64,000 bases of DNA from Macrostomum lignano (taxonomy: Eukaryota), in contig NIVC01000949.1 of the NCBI GenBank assembly GCA_002269645.1, positions 1 through 64,000 of the forward strand. The letters are read 5' to 3'. Positions 1 through 13,300 of this stretch are shown in pieces (the first letter of the stretch is position 1; each line of letters begins with the position of its first letter). A model generated the notes under the pieces. It was given only the letters and a program-made list of their open reading frames with translations. It did no database searches and had not been told where the DNA came from. Made by a program: the position numbers and the translations under genes.

Positions 1-102
1 ACACTGAAGGCGCCCAAGGTGGCAGGCAAGCGGGTGACTCTGGAACGCAACCAGGATGAAGAGCAGAGGCTGGACGTCATCAGCGCGATCCAAACGGGCT
101 GA
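1..102 (+). CDS. 3' end of an unidentified coding sequence entering from upstream of the window
   Basis: Frame +1 is open from base 1: TLKAPKVAGKRVTLERNQDEEQRLDVISAIQTG, ending in TGA at 100-102. Codon usage is GC-rich like the other exons, and AT-richer sequence follows. No family recognised. Confidence 0.4.
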   Translation, partial: TLKAPKVAGKRVTLERNQDEEQRLDVISAIQTG

Positions 103-1009
103 ACAAGCACTGCAAGGTGAACCGCCACAGTTTGCTTTTCCATGTTTTTTGCGCCTTTTTTCAAAGGCTGCCTGCCGCAAGGAATCGTACTCTCATTAAT
201 AATTAATGAGGCTCAGTTTAGAAAGTTTTTTTCCTCTACTGCAGCGACAATTTCCAGTCCCGCTGAGGAGAGTGCAGGATCGATACGGCTGGCTCGAGTT
301 CCTGCTGGCCTCTTGGCCCAGATGCACCCTGCATCCGGGGTCTGGGGAGAGGCAGTAGAAATAGAGAGCAGGGGAGAGGGAGAGTAGAGAAGAGAGGGTA
401 ATTAAGACCCACCGCCATCAATCATGCGAGGGCACGGATGCTGGCTGGGATATTGTGAGGCTGCGCGCGGCCTTCCGGTTCTGTCCCAGTTCCAGGCGGC
501 CCCCTACCTCTAGTAACATGTGCAGCAGCTGCTGCATCAAAACTTAGCGCATGGCACTGCTCAGAGCAGGGCGGCTGTGCTCAGTGTAAGGCGAAGAGCT
601 TAGGATTATAATTTTATCTAAAATCTGTCAATAACAGCTGCTGCAGAGTAGGAATTGTATAACTGAAATTAAAATCGAAATGTTTGCACCGCTACTAACG
701 AGTAGAGTCGTCAGGGTTTTGATTATTTCGTTTTTTGTAGCTACGAGCGTAAGATTAAAAGAAATAGTTCTGACACATCTTGGCGTGCCTGGGCTTAAAT
801 AGAGCAAACAATGTGCATTGCTACAGCCATGATCGTGTCTAGAATGTGTTTGCAGAGGAGATACTTTGTGATGGAGTGAATTTTAGGTTAGCCATCAGGC
901 TGTTTGAGCAAGGGAAATATTTGCTGGTAGAAAGCTTTTATAGCAACAGATTTAATGAAAAACAAGTTGAGCCAAGCAGACAGATTCAACAGGGAGACAC
1001 GAGCTCAGC

Positions 1010-2310
1010 ATGTCTAAAGCCCGAGGCAGCCTGGCCGATCCTGCCGTGATGCAGGTGGCCGGCGATCAAGTCGGTGTTGAACTGGAGAAGTCCGACATCA
1101 GCCTGACTAAGAGGGACCCCAAGAACATCAATCAGCACCTGACTGCGGTAAAACGCCACACGACCATTGAGGGTCGACTCTCAAAGCACAGAGTGTACAT
1201 CCCTGACAGTATTTAACTTTTTCATTTTCAAAAACGTTGCCCCTCTAATCTGCACAACCCGCAGATTCAATTCGAAGACATCATAGCCGAGCCGGACCCC
1301 ACAGTGTTCAGCTTTGATAGTGTCTGGACCATCAGCTACAAGGTGAGAGCGAGTGGCTTTTAAGTGCATGTGGACTGCAGATTTCCGCAACCTCAGCTGA
1401 GCTCTGAGACAGGGCAACCAATGTACAGGGCAACCAAGGGTAAAGCAGCTGGATAGCAATTTCAAAACGGATTCCGCAGATTTTCTTTTCCGTAAAGTGT
1501 GATGGCTTTTTGCCATAGACAACAATTTATATCTAAAGAGTAAAAAAACAAAAGGGTTGCCATAACTACAGAGGAGGCGCCAAGCAGTTACAGAGGGGGC
1601 GCCAGCTACAAGGGGCGCCGACTAGAGGGTGGCGCCAGCTATAGAGGGGGGCCAGCTACAGAGAGGGGCGCCAGCTACAGAGGGGGGCGCCAGCTACAGA
1701 GGGGGCGCCAGCTACAGGGCCAGCTACAGAGGGGGGCGCCAGCTACAGAGGGGGGCGCCAGCTACAGAGGGGGGCGCCAGCTACAGAGGGGGGCGCCAGC
1801 TACAGAGGGGGGCGCCAGCTACAGAAGGGGGCGCCAGCTACAGAAGGGCGCCAGCTACAGAGGGGGCGCCTGCAGCTACAGAGGGGGCGCCTGCAGCTAC
1901 AGAGGGGGCGCCAGCTACAGAGGGGGGCGCCAGCTACAGACGGGGGCGTCAGCTACAGAAGGGGGCGCCAGCACCAGAGGTTCCTAGCAGGCAGATCACT
2001 CGCTTCCACTAGCTGTACCAACCCGTGACGCCCTCCGCCCCAGGTGTTCACCACCACCAAGCTGTGGTGCTACCGCATCAGCTCGCTGATCTGCGCCATC
2101 CCAGCCGCCATCTGCTGGGGCATCGAGTTCGCCTGCCTGTCCTTCTGCACCATCTGGTGCTGGCAGCCCAGCATCAAGGCCTATGAAATCTCACTGTGGT
2201 ACACCAGTCGCATCTACGAGGTCCTGTTGAAGGCCTTCATGGAGCCGTGCTTCCACGCAATCGGCAAGATGTTCAGCCACATCGTGGTGAACGTCAGGCA
2301 GAGCGGCTGA
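1010..2310 (+). CDS. CAV: Caveolin, 3 exons, 160 aa
   Basis: Exons 1010-1147, 1265-1342 and 2044-2310; all introns are GT-AG, phase 0. Contains RDPKNIN and the caveolin signature IQFEDIIAEP, the scaffolding segment FSFDSVWTISYKVFTTTKLWCYR, and the hydrophobic hairpin. Confidence 0.95.
1580..1980. repeat. GC-rich minisatellite (~18-20 bp, GGGGGCGCCAGCTACAGA) in caveolin intron 2
   Basis: About 20 tandem, slightly variable copies seen directly. Confidence 0.95.
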
Positions 2311-3124
2311 TTCTGTGACGCAGCTGGGAGCTTTTATTGTTGATAAACCTGACGGACGCTTGATTAAACAAACAGGTCCAACAAGCGATGCCCAAAAATA
2401 TTATTTTTAATTATTATTATATACTGAAACCATACGATTTAGGTATTAACCGTCTTAAATGCAGTATTGACGCAAAAATTTCCAATAGATTTTTCTGTTC
2501 AAATCAAACGCTTATAAATTAATTCAATCTGCCCTCCGATCAGTGTCCGTCTCTTGTTCCGCCTGCATATTATGCTTTAATCCTGTGTCAATATGCACTA
2601 TTACCGTGTAACATTACTACTGCTATTATAATAATATAACATATTAGCTATATAAAGTTCAAATTCATACGGTATTATTTCAATCATTAACTAATTAATG
2701 TTTTGCTGAAAAAAAACAAAACTCGTGTCATAAAATAAATCAATAAATAAACAATTCCAATGTCCGCAGTGTTGTGCTGTGATAAGCGATTAAACAAAAT
2801 ATTGGTGAAAGTAATGGACTGATGCTTATCGAATTCTTACTTTCACATTTATTAAACTACTTTTTAGTAGTTTAAAACTGCTTTAATCTTAATCAATCAA
2901 ATTAATAAATAAATGCATGAAAACTCCAACTAGGCAATTAATGAAATAATTCTTAGTAAAATATACCCTAGCACTACTACTGATTCAGTATAGCAGTAGT
3001 AAATATGCGCAATTTAAATAAATGCCAATATTATACACGCCAGCAATTCTTGAAAGAAAGAACTGCTTTCGGTGCTTTATTAAAAACAAAAATACAAAAT
3101 CAAAGAGTTAGATTCGATTGGCAG

Positions 3125-3640
3125 AAGAGGATAATAATCCCTACACAGAAGAGGATAGTAACCCCCAGAAGAGGATAGCAACCCCCAGAAGAGGATAGTA
3201 ATCCCCAGAAGAGGATAGCAACCCCCAGAAGAGGATAGCAACCCCCAGAAGAAGAGGATGGCAACCCCCAGAAGAGGATAGCAACCCCCAGAAGAAGAGG
3301 ATGGCAACCCCCAGAAGAGGATAGTAACCCCCAGAAGAGGATAGCAACCCCCAGAAGAGGATAGTACAAGAATCTCCATAAGAGGATAATAATCCCAAGC
3401 GGATAATAATCCCAAGCGGATAATAATCCCAAGTGGATAATAATCCCAAGCGGATAATAATCCCAAGCGGATAATAATCCCAAGAGGATAATAATCCCAA
3501 GAGGGTAATAATCCCAAGAGGATAATAATCCCAAGCGGATAATAATCCCAAGAGGATAATAATCCCAAGAGGATAATAATCATAAGAGGATAATAATCAT
3601 AAGAGGATAATAATCCCAAGCGGATAATAATCCCTGAGAG
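3125..3640. repeat. Two abutting minisatellites (~20 bp CCCCAGAAGAGGATAGCAAC-type, then ~17 bp ATAATAATCCCAAGCGG-type) downstream of the PIGV stop
   Basis: Direct tandem periodicity. These arrays produce the spurious ORFs at 3080-3865. Confidence 0.9.
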
Positions 3641-3705
3641 GCGGGAATAACAATCCACATAGCAAGATAAGAATCGCTTTAAAAGTGTGGATTTCAGTTG
3701 CATTG

Positions 3706-4264
3706 TCAGGTCCAGGGCAGGAAGTTGGCATGCATAGCTGTGCCAACCAAGCAGTACGACAGGCACCAGGCAATGAGCAGCCGGCAACCAACGCTGAGCT
3801 GATTGAAGTGCCGCAGGCAGAGTGCCAGAAAGGCCAGCGGCGAGTCGCAGCTGAGCCGGCGCCAATTCTCCAGTTGATTGCTATTGGCCGGCGTCAACAT
3901 CACGTGACTAGCGGCCAGCCAATAGGGCAGCGGCGAGGCCGACAGCAGCACGCGGGTTGCGATCTGCACGTGTGCTGTAGTGAGGCAGAGCAGGCCGAGA
4001 AAGACCAGCTGGGCGTGCTGTCCCAGCAGCTCAGCCGGCTTCAGCGCTGCGAAGCCTCGACCGCTGACGACCAACTGGGCGCCGGCACCGACAGACAGGG
4101 CCAAAGCAGGCGCCGCCAGCAGAAAGTTAGGCGCCTGGCGCCACTCGTAGTAGCTGGTTGAGAGGGAAATATGTCTGTGTACTTAGTGCCTTAGTGTCTG
4201 GCTTAGATCTTAGTGTCTGGCTTAGATCTTAGTGTCTGTCCTACTGTCTTATTACCTGTCTTAG

Positions 4265-4311
<47 letters not shown>

Positions 4312-6489
4312 GCCTGCCTGCCTGTCTGTCTCTGCCTGCCTGCCTGCCTGCCTGTCTGTCTGTCTCTGCCTGCCTGCCTGCCTGCCTGTCTGTATCTGCC
4401 TGCCTGCCTGTCTGTCTGTCTCTGCCTGTCCGTCTGTCTGTCCGTCTGTCTGTCCTAGATTCTGTCCGCCTGTCTTAGCCCCAGCCGCAGGCCGGCACCC
4501 ACCTGAACAATCCCACCCGCCAGTCCCGAGCCTGCACAGCAAAGTATGACGTCATCGGCGCCAGCGGACCCCCGGAGCACCAGGCCGGCGGCTGGCCGTA
4601 GCCGCGCAGGCTGTAGTTGCGCGCCAGGGCGAGCGCCAAGAGGCCCGGCTCCGGCGGCTGCCCCTCCGCGGAGGCAGTCCAGCAGAAGGAGAGGCCCATC
4701 GCCAGCTGGTGCGCCAGGAACCCGGAGCAGGCAGCGGCCGACAGGGCACCGGAGCGGAGCGCCACCTGATTGGTGATGGTGGATTGAATGCATTGCGAGC
4801 TGGGATGCCATGGAGATGGAAAGGTTCGGGTGAACTGGGGAGATTGGGGAATCACAGGGGAATGAGATTGGGGAATCACAGGGGAATGAGATTGGGGAAT
4901 CACAGGGGAATGGGATTGGGGAATCACAGGAGAATGGGATTGGGGAATCACAGAGGAATGGGATTGGGGAATCACAGAGGGAATGAGATTGGGGAATCAC
5001 AGGGGAATGATATTTGGGAATCACAGGGGAATGGGAAGATTGGGAAAAGGGGAATATAAAACACGGAAAAGTGGATGAATTGTTACAAAATGGGAAGGTT
5101 TGTGGGAAGATGAGTCGGTAAACACCCAGAGCAATGCCCTAGCCATACCCCGGTACTCACCATGACGATTTCCTGCCAGCGTCGCCGTCGCCAATTAGTT
5201 GCTATGGCAACGCAGGCCGGGGCGGCAACCAGCAGAGCGTTGGCCAGCCCGTTGGACCGAGCGAGTCCAGCAGCGGCCAGAGCCAGGCCAGCCTCCAGAT
5301 GCTGGCCCCGCCGCAGGCAGGACAGAGCCCACAGGCTGCACAGCAGGTGGGCGGGCTCAGAATAGAAGGCCACAAAGAAGGGAGTGGCAGGTGACACGGA
5401 CAGCAGGGTCAGAGCGGCCAGGCGAAGGCCGGGCCGGCCAGGATAATACAGCTCAGTCAGGTGCCAGAACAGGTGGACGCACAACAGGTGCAAACAAAAA
5501 TTAACGCAATAACAAGCCAACAGAGTGACAGTTGTTTCTGTTGCTAGGCAACCGTATTGTTGGTTGCTAAGCAGTAGGATTAGAGGAAATCTAACGGCCC
5601 GGCAGAGCATGGGGTAGAGTGGAAAGAACACGACAGAATGATCGATGACGTAACCTCGACGGGCGATGAGGACAAAGTGCACGGAGTCCCAGCGGTGGTA
5701 GCCGTCCAGAAGGAGGCGCAGGACCCAGCCGACTGGACTGGGCTCTGGCTGCTGTTCCTCGACCGACTGAGGCTCGTAGTCGGCCAGCTTGAAGGCGCCG
5801 GCATTGTGATCCGGGATGAAGTGGGAGACCGCCTGTGCGGGACGAAACAGAATGGCAGTAGTGTGGGTAAAAGGCAGGAGTAAATGAACTATATTTTGAT
5901 GCGTCACTGCCTCGGCATCTAATTAGCAATTGCTTTAATACAGTAAGAATGTATTTATTTTAGCATCCTAAAAAGATTCTATGTTCTATAATATTCATAA
6001 AGACAAAATTTGACAGGTATGCTTTTTAGCGCTAACTCAGAGGTTGGCAAACTTTTTTATTCAAATGGCAAGATAAATAATCCAGCTAATGGCTGTGGGC
6101 CAGATAAGAGGAGAGGGGAGAGATAAGAGGGAAGAGAGGAGCGGAGAGAAAGGAAAGGTGAGAGAGGAGAGGTAAGAGAAGGGAGATGAGAGAGGAGAGG
6201 GCTGAGAAAGGGGGAGGTGAGGACAGGGGAGAGAGGAGGGGAGAGGTAAGAGAGAAAAGCTGAGAAGAGGCACAAACTCTGAGCAGACCGGACTGCTATT
6301 TTGAAGTTTCAAGGGACCCAAGGGCCAGATAGAGGCTTAGTAGACTAGAGTTTGCCAACCCAAGCTAACTGAAGGCTTAAAAGATATAATTATAATTATA
6401 GTTAGCAAATTTACCTGAATTGCCAAGGATACAAATCGAACAAAAATGATTAAATGAAATTTTCTTGGCACTTTGGAGAGCAATGACAT
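3706..6489 (-). CDS. PIGV: GPI mannosyltransferase 2 (PIG-V/Gpi18), 4 coding exons, 485 aa
   Basis: Minus-strand exons 6489-6415 (MSLLSK...SLAIQ), 5832-5161, 4765-4503 and 4153-3706; phases 0, 0, 2 are consistent. Motifs: IPDH, RWDSVHF, FFPLYP, YSE, RSNG, VGLFSYYEWRQAPNFLLAAP and the C-terminal HANFLPWT typical of PIGV. Confidence 0.95.
4262..4455. repeat. (TGTC)/(TGCC)n microsatellite in PIGV intron 3
   Basis: Seen directly. Confidence 0.95.
4840..5040. repeat. 24-bp minisatellite (TGGGGAATCACAGGGGAATGAGAT) in PIGV intron 2
   Basis: About 8 tandem copies; the 8-aa periodicity appears in the ORF track. Confidence 0.9.
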
Positions 6490-6803
6490 TGTGTTTTTAT
6501 TGCTGAAATGTATCAAATATATTCATATTAAGCTAAATTATAAAATTGCTCAAAGCAGAAGTAATAAAACCAGACTATAAAGTTGCTTATCATAAAAAAG
6601 ATGCATGATTGAACTCCTTTCACATTGAAGCTGGTAGTGATAATGTAGGCCTAGGAAAAAGTTTTACAATGATTTTTTTCTTTTTACTATAATTAGTATT
6701 GTCATACATTGTCTTCCTTTACAAAATCCAAACTTGTGTCAACTAGTTATTAAAAGTTGCATCAATATTAGAATTTAACTGACTAATTCTGTTTAGTCTA
6801 TAT

Positions 6804-7646
6804 TAGGGTTTACAATCCTGGGATTAAAATTTGTCAGGATTTACTGGGATTATCCATGGCCAGGATTCGGGATCCTGGGATTAAAATATGTGAATCCCAG
6901 GATTTTTTGGGATTGATAAGAAGGAATAGACACTTTCAATTTTAAATTTTCATTATGTATTTTTCAGTTCCACTTCACTATACAATGCAGTTTTTTGAAT
7001 ATTGTTTAGTCATCCAAATAATGAAATGTGTGAATTGTAAAATTGTTTTTTAGGAATGAATTCAAAACTGTTTTGTATAAAATTTGAGGTCCCAAATCCT
7101 AGGACAAATGTGTGTTATTATTTTTACATAAAGTGTTGTAATATTAACATAATTGGGTCTATAAATATGTCATTATACTGCGCTAATTTCTATTAATTGA
7201 GTCATATTGTATGGCACCTTTTTAAACCCGCATTAGATTTAAATGTGAAAGTTATTCCAATTTTAATTTTGATATTTTATTGGCTTCTTTACTACTAATT
7301 AGAACTTTTATACTACTTATTCAAATATGTCACAAGATAATGCTGTTTTTCATCTACAGACAGATCATTAACTCTATAATAGTCAAAAATAGAAGCAAAA
7401 AAACACTTTGTGCATATTTTGTCTTAAAATTTAAACTTAGAAGCTTAAAAATCTGTATTTTTCTTATCCCAGGATTGAATCCTAAGATTGGCCAAATTCT
7501 AGGATTAAATCCCAGGAACCCAGGATTACAAATACTTAGGATTTATTGGGATTGATGATCCCAGGATTATCTATAGCTAGGATATCTTGATCCCGACAAT
7601 CCTGAGAATCTGAGATTGATAGAAGACTGGGATTTTGCAATCCCTA
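6804..7646. mobile_element. Non-autonomous hAT-family DNA transposon (843 bp)
   Basis: 8-bp target-site duplication GTCTATAT (6796-6803 and 7647-7654). Imperfect TIRs TAGGGTTTACAATCC / TAGGGATTGCAAAATCCC. Clusters of GGGATT/AATCCC subterminal motifs at both ends; no transposase ORF. Confidence 0.85.
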
Positions 7647-8229
7647 GTCTATATATATTGTATTGTTTTAAAAAATCATTTTTAACTGTTTGCTTATAAC
7701 TTTTGCTACTATTTCTATTGATTGTATACCCTTCTTTTAGGAGATTTAGAGAGAAGTTAGGGCCTAACCTAATAACCTTTTGGACCCTTTGATAACTTAG
7801 GCAATAGCAATTGAGATTTAAAGAGAAAAATGAACCCCTTTAGCAACTTTGATGATAGCTTTTGGAATTGAATTACAATACTTGGGATAGCATTAATAGT
7901 AGTACTATCTATGGAATATAGATAAGAGAGAAGTTTATCCTTAGACCTTAGCTAGCATAGGCCTAGCATTAGTGATAGCAATAGAATTATTAGAGATAGA
8001 AGAATAGGCCTAGGCTAAGGGCCTACCCCTAGGCCTAGCACAAAAACAATATAATAATGATCTGTATTTTCAATCATTAAAAAATGTATGTTGATAGTAA
8101 ATATATTCTTTATTATATATACTCAGATAAAATTGTATAATTTACGATAGTATATTTATATAGTATAAAATTAGGAATTCTAAAAATGAGGCACTTGGGG
8201 ATTCTATAAGTTTTTTTTCATTTCTTTGC

Positions 8230-8500
8230 CAGGGGCGTAGCGAGGGGGGTATCGGTATATCGGCCGATACCCCCAAATTTCCAAAGCAACATTTTTTTTC
8301 CTTTTTTCAGTTGCAATTGTGACCGAAGAGAAAGGAAGAGAAAGGTATCCAAATCTAAAGAATAACAATTAACAAACAAATAGAGTAATTATATGTATTA
8401 TGCACTAGAAATACATTAAGGGGATATGTGGATCTCAAGCCCTTGCTTTCTGATAACAGCTAACCGATACCCCCCAAAAAAAATCCTGGCTACGCCCCTG
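8230..8500. mobile_element. hAT-type MITE (271 bp)
   Basis: Perfect 12-bp TIR CAGGGGCGTAGC...GCTACGCCCCTG, shared subterminal GGGGGGTATCGG, and 8-bp TSD TTCTTTGC (8222-8229, 8501-8508). Confidence 0.92.
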
Positions 8501-9371
8501 TTCTTTGCTAATAGTAATAGGCCTAGTAAGGTGGCAAGGCCTAGCTAAATCTCACAATGGTTAAACTAGACTAGATAGACACTTGTATTATTTAAATAAA
8601 GAACCATTTATACATACATTATCAAATTTCTGCACACTTCTGTTTACTCTAATAAATAGCTGATGCAAGAAAAAACTTCAATGCTAATCAAATAAAATTA
8701 AAAACAGTCGAATAGAGAATTTAAATTGACGCTTTTTTATAAAGCACATTGAATGATTCACTAGCGCGCATTATCCTTTCTACTCAGACCAAAGGTTTAT
8801 GGCGTCTATACGGTAGGGTAGGCGTGTATAGAGTGATACTGATAGAGATAGTAAGGTCTATAATAAAGCGCGAGCTCGATCATCGACCCGCGGCGTGACA
8901 GACCGGCACGAAACTATTTTAAATAACCGAAAGTGTTATGAGAAGGTATTAACAAAACACTTAACGACCAATGCCACAACAGAAGCAAAAAGAAACTACT
9001 GCTCAGCAGATATAGTTCAGTAATATTTTTAAGCGATATGGCATACCTCAAAATAAACCGTGCGGATCAGGTAAAGCGTGCGTACCGTGCGGAATTCCGT
9101 GCAGATTTATTCGAACCAGCACCATGACAGTATTGAAACCAGTATATGATAAACCTAATAGCTTAAGGGGCTCATGCTTAATACATGTTGATTAAATCAG
9201 AAAAATAAATCAAGTATGAATAAAGAGAACTATGCTCGTAATTACACAGATTTTTTTCATTTTTTCAATTATCAATTGAACATTGTCGATTCTGCCTACA
9301 AATCACAAAATAACCTGTATACACACCCATTTTTAGTGCTGGTGCGAAGTTTCCGCAAGCAAACGTTGTAC

Positions 9372-9922
9372 CAGGGGCGTCGCCATGGATTTTATGGTGG
9401 GGGGAGGGATCCAAAAGCCAAGAATACAGCATGACTAAATTCCTACATGTACATTTCCATTATTTTGAGAATCGTGCAGTGTTATGTCAGCGCTCATTTT
9501 GGCGCCGCAGGTACTCATTTTAGCCCCGCAGGCACTCATGTTGGCGCCGCATGCATTCCTTTTAGCGCGGCAGGCACTCGTTTTTGCGCTGAAATCCTTT
9601 ATGGCGCCCTGAAGAAAAATTATTGATTACCACAATGGGTTACTATACAAGCAGGGACTACTCAAGTAATATAGGACACTACACTCGAAATCTATGGTAA
9701 ATGTTTTGAAGGCAACTTTTCGCCGAAAAATACACTACAGAGATAGGAGGTTTTAATTTTTTCAGCACAAAAATTGTTATTGCTTTTGATAGGAGACAGG
9801 TCCACTGTTCATCTTTTGATATGCTGTGCCTTTCTTATTGCTCTATATTGATATTCATACAGCTTTTCGTTCAGAAAATTAGGATTCTCTGTCCCCCTGT
9901 CCTTCCGGTGGTGACGCGCCTG
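9372..9922. mobile_element. hAT-type MITE (551 bp) containing a fragment of a second MITE family
   Basis: TIRs CAGGGGCGTCGCCA / CAGGCGCGTCACCA and 8-bp TSD CGTTGTAC (9364-9371, 9923-9930). Internal ~21-bp degenerate repeats at 9490-9590. Segment 9652-9885 resembles the element at 56504-56833. Confidence 0.88.
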
Positions 9923-11094
9923 CGTTGTACCAGTATCACTACACATATGTACTTAATACGAGTATGAAAATGCACCAAGTTGGTTCTTCTGCCGATTTTT
10001 CAATTTTTCACACTACTTTTTATTGATGCGTCAGTGCCAGCAATCTTCACCATCGCTTGCATGGAAACTAAGCTCATGGTTCCGTTTGTGAACGTTTACT
10101 AAGAATCTTCTTAATTGTGAATTGTTAAACAGCTCAATAAATTATTAATTAAACGATCGAGGATTGTATTTTACACGCAATCTGTTTAAGTTCCATGCGT
10201 ACGTGCTTGGTTTGAAATTTTTTGGCAAGCGATCAAATAGAACTGCTTACAGGCACAGCTGCCTGCAGAGATGTCGAGCGACGTTGAGCCGATCGATAAA
10301 GTAGGAAAAGTTTCTGCTCCATCAAATACGGCCAGTGAAGGTAATAAAAGTTTATTATCAATGATGATTGCAGTTGCGTTAAAATTATAGGCTGTTATTG
10401 CTTCCAACCCGGACAATGTATTTAGAAATCCTTAATGGTAGCCATGCAGTGCAGCCTCCTGTGAAAACGCACGCTGTATCAACAGAATGTTTGATTGTCC
10501 CTCCGTGTATTCGGTTCTGACGAGAGAGAGAAGAGAACGGAGGGGAGAACAGAAGAGGAGAGAGGAGAGGTGAGAGGGGAGGAGAGTGGAGAGGAAAAGA
10601 GCAAGATAGTGCAGGCAGACAAAGGAGGGAAAGGAGTAAGTGGCATATACAATGCAAGGACATATGCAGCAATGCTAAAAATGCATAAAATTGCCAAGGG
10701 TTTGACGACTCCCTTGGGTAAAATGGTTCTTCAAAGACCTACTGTAACTGCATTGCATCTACGCGAGGGACTTAGTCGAGACAGTTTTGGCAGTTACCAA
10801 TTCTTCTGCGCCAAATATTCAGTTCTCATAATTAAACATGCAAAATGTATCTGTACGCTTGCTTTGCTTGTTAAACCAGAGCCTCTGTGCTATGGCACGC
10901 AGCAGGGAGCGAGTGTTGCTATTCGAAAAAAGCAGGGGTATTGTTCCACAATTCGCATGGATACATGCATGAATGTGTGTGTAGTCAAGCAGTTTTGCCA
11001 CAAGCCAGCGAAAGTATATATATATATGATTGTGAATAAGATGAAAGCAGAGACAAACAGACTAAGCTAGTGTTAACTCGAGTGAATCTATAGA

Positions 11095-12352
11095 ATGACG
11101 GAGGCTGCAGAAGCTCCAGAAGATTTCGCCCTTGTTGAAGAGTCCTTAGACTTGCTGAGTGAGACATGACTGCTGCCTTAAATTTAATCATTCGTACAAT
11201 GCGATATTAGAGTTGAATTGCACGTAACTTCTCATTGTTTACTTGTCAATTCCCTCTGACAGAAAAGTGCAGGTCAGTGTTTCAACTGTTCAACCGGGGC
11301 TCGGACAGCATGCTCACCAGAGACCTCGGGTCCGCTCTGCGCGCTCTGGGCCAGATACCCAGCGATCAGGAGGTGGAGATGATCGCCTCAAAGCTGGAGC
11401 AGGATGAAATCTATGACAAAGGTTCGGGCTTATCTTGTTGGCTCTCTGTGTTTTGTTCAGACAGTGTGAAATGAATATTCCCTGGAGAGCTGTAGACACC
11501 TTGACGCAACGATTTTTTTAGGATACACAAAAATCTCCTTTGACGACTTTCATCGTGTTGTACAAGAGAATTGCGAGAGAAAAGACGACATCAGAGAAAT
11601 GGTTCTCGACTCGTTTAAGGTGAGTCTTGATCAGTCAGTCAGTCAGTCAGTCAGTCAGTCAGTCAGTCAGTCAGTCAGTCAGTCAGTCAGTCAGTCAGTC
11701 AGTCAGTCAGTCAGTCAGTCAGTCAGTCAGTCAGTCAGTCAGTCAGTCAGTCAGTCAGTCAGTCAGTCAGTCAGTCAGTCAGTCAGTCAGTCAGTCAGTC
11801 AGTCAGTCAGTCAGTCAGTCAGTCAGTCAGTCAGTCAGTCAGTCAGTCAGTCAGTCAGTCAGTCAGTCAGTCAGTCAGTCAGTCAGTCAGTCAGTCAGTC
11901 AGTCAGTCAGTCAGTCAGTCAGTCAGTCAGTCAGTCAGCCAGTCAGCCAACCAGTCAGTCAGTCAGTCAGTCAGTCAGTCATCCCAACTCCAGGCCATGG
12001 ATCTCAAAGCCAGCGGTCTGGTGGACGCCGCCCAGCTCTCATCGCTGCTCACTGGCTCAGGTGAGGCATTGACTCAAGCGGAGATGAAGGAGCTGCTTCA
12101 GGAAGCTGGAGTTAACAAGGACGGAAAGATTGACTACTCAAGTGAGACGGAATTTCTGAATATAGCTCGTATGCTAAGAAGATGTTTGACTACATTCAAT
12201 CTACTACTCACAAAATACGAATTTCAGGATTCGTTGAGCAGCTGCTGCAGTTTGAAATGGCTCAGACTGCTGCTCCCGCTGCAAAGAAAGAGACGGCAGA
12301 TGAGGCCAAGCCGAAAGAGAACAAGAAGGCCAAGGGCAAGAAGAAAAAATGA
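11095..12352 (+). CDS. Calmodulin/myosin-light-chain-like EF-hand protein with a Lys-rich C-terminal tail, 5 exons, 197 aa
   Basis: Exons 11095-11158, 11263-11421, 11522-11619, 11994-12141 and 12228-12352; phases 1, 1, 0, 1 are consistent. Contains DLGSALRALGQIPS, KISFDDF, GEALTQAEMKELL and KDGKIDY; ends KKAKGKKKK. A possible alternative first exon lies at 10271-10340. Confidence 0.9.
11631..11980. repeat. (TCAG)n microsatellite in EF-hand gene intron 3
   Basis: About 87 near-perfect copies. Confidence 0.98.
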
Positions 12353-12566
12353 ATAACTTGCTTTTTTTGTTTGTTTTCGCTAGCATAAAACTTTTGTATA
12401 TGCAGAGAGAACAATATCTCAGTGTGTATCTCAGTCTGCTGTTCATGACTTTCAAGTCTGTGTTGAGAAAAAATAAAACCTGCCCGACACACTGGTATAA
12501 CAAAGTATTTATTGTACGAGAATACCGATTTTAAACAGCCTTCTAAACAGCAATAAATGATGGCTT

Positions 12567-13300
<734 letters not shown>

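Noticed and set aside
10495-11070. 191-aa plus-strand ORF
   Set aside because: It has a GTG start, runs through a GA-rich low-complexity tract and AT-rich sequence, and shows no homology; it is probably the upstream or intronic region of the EF-hand gene.
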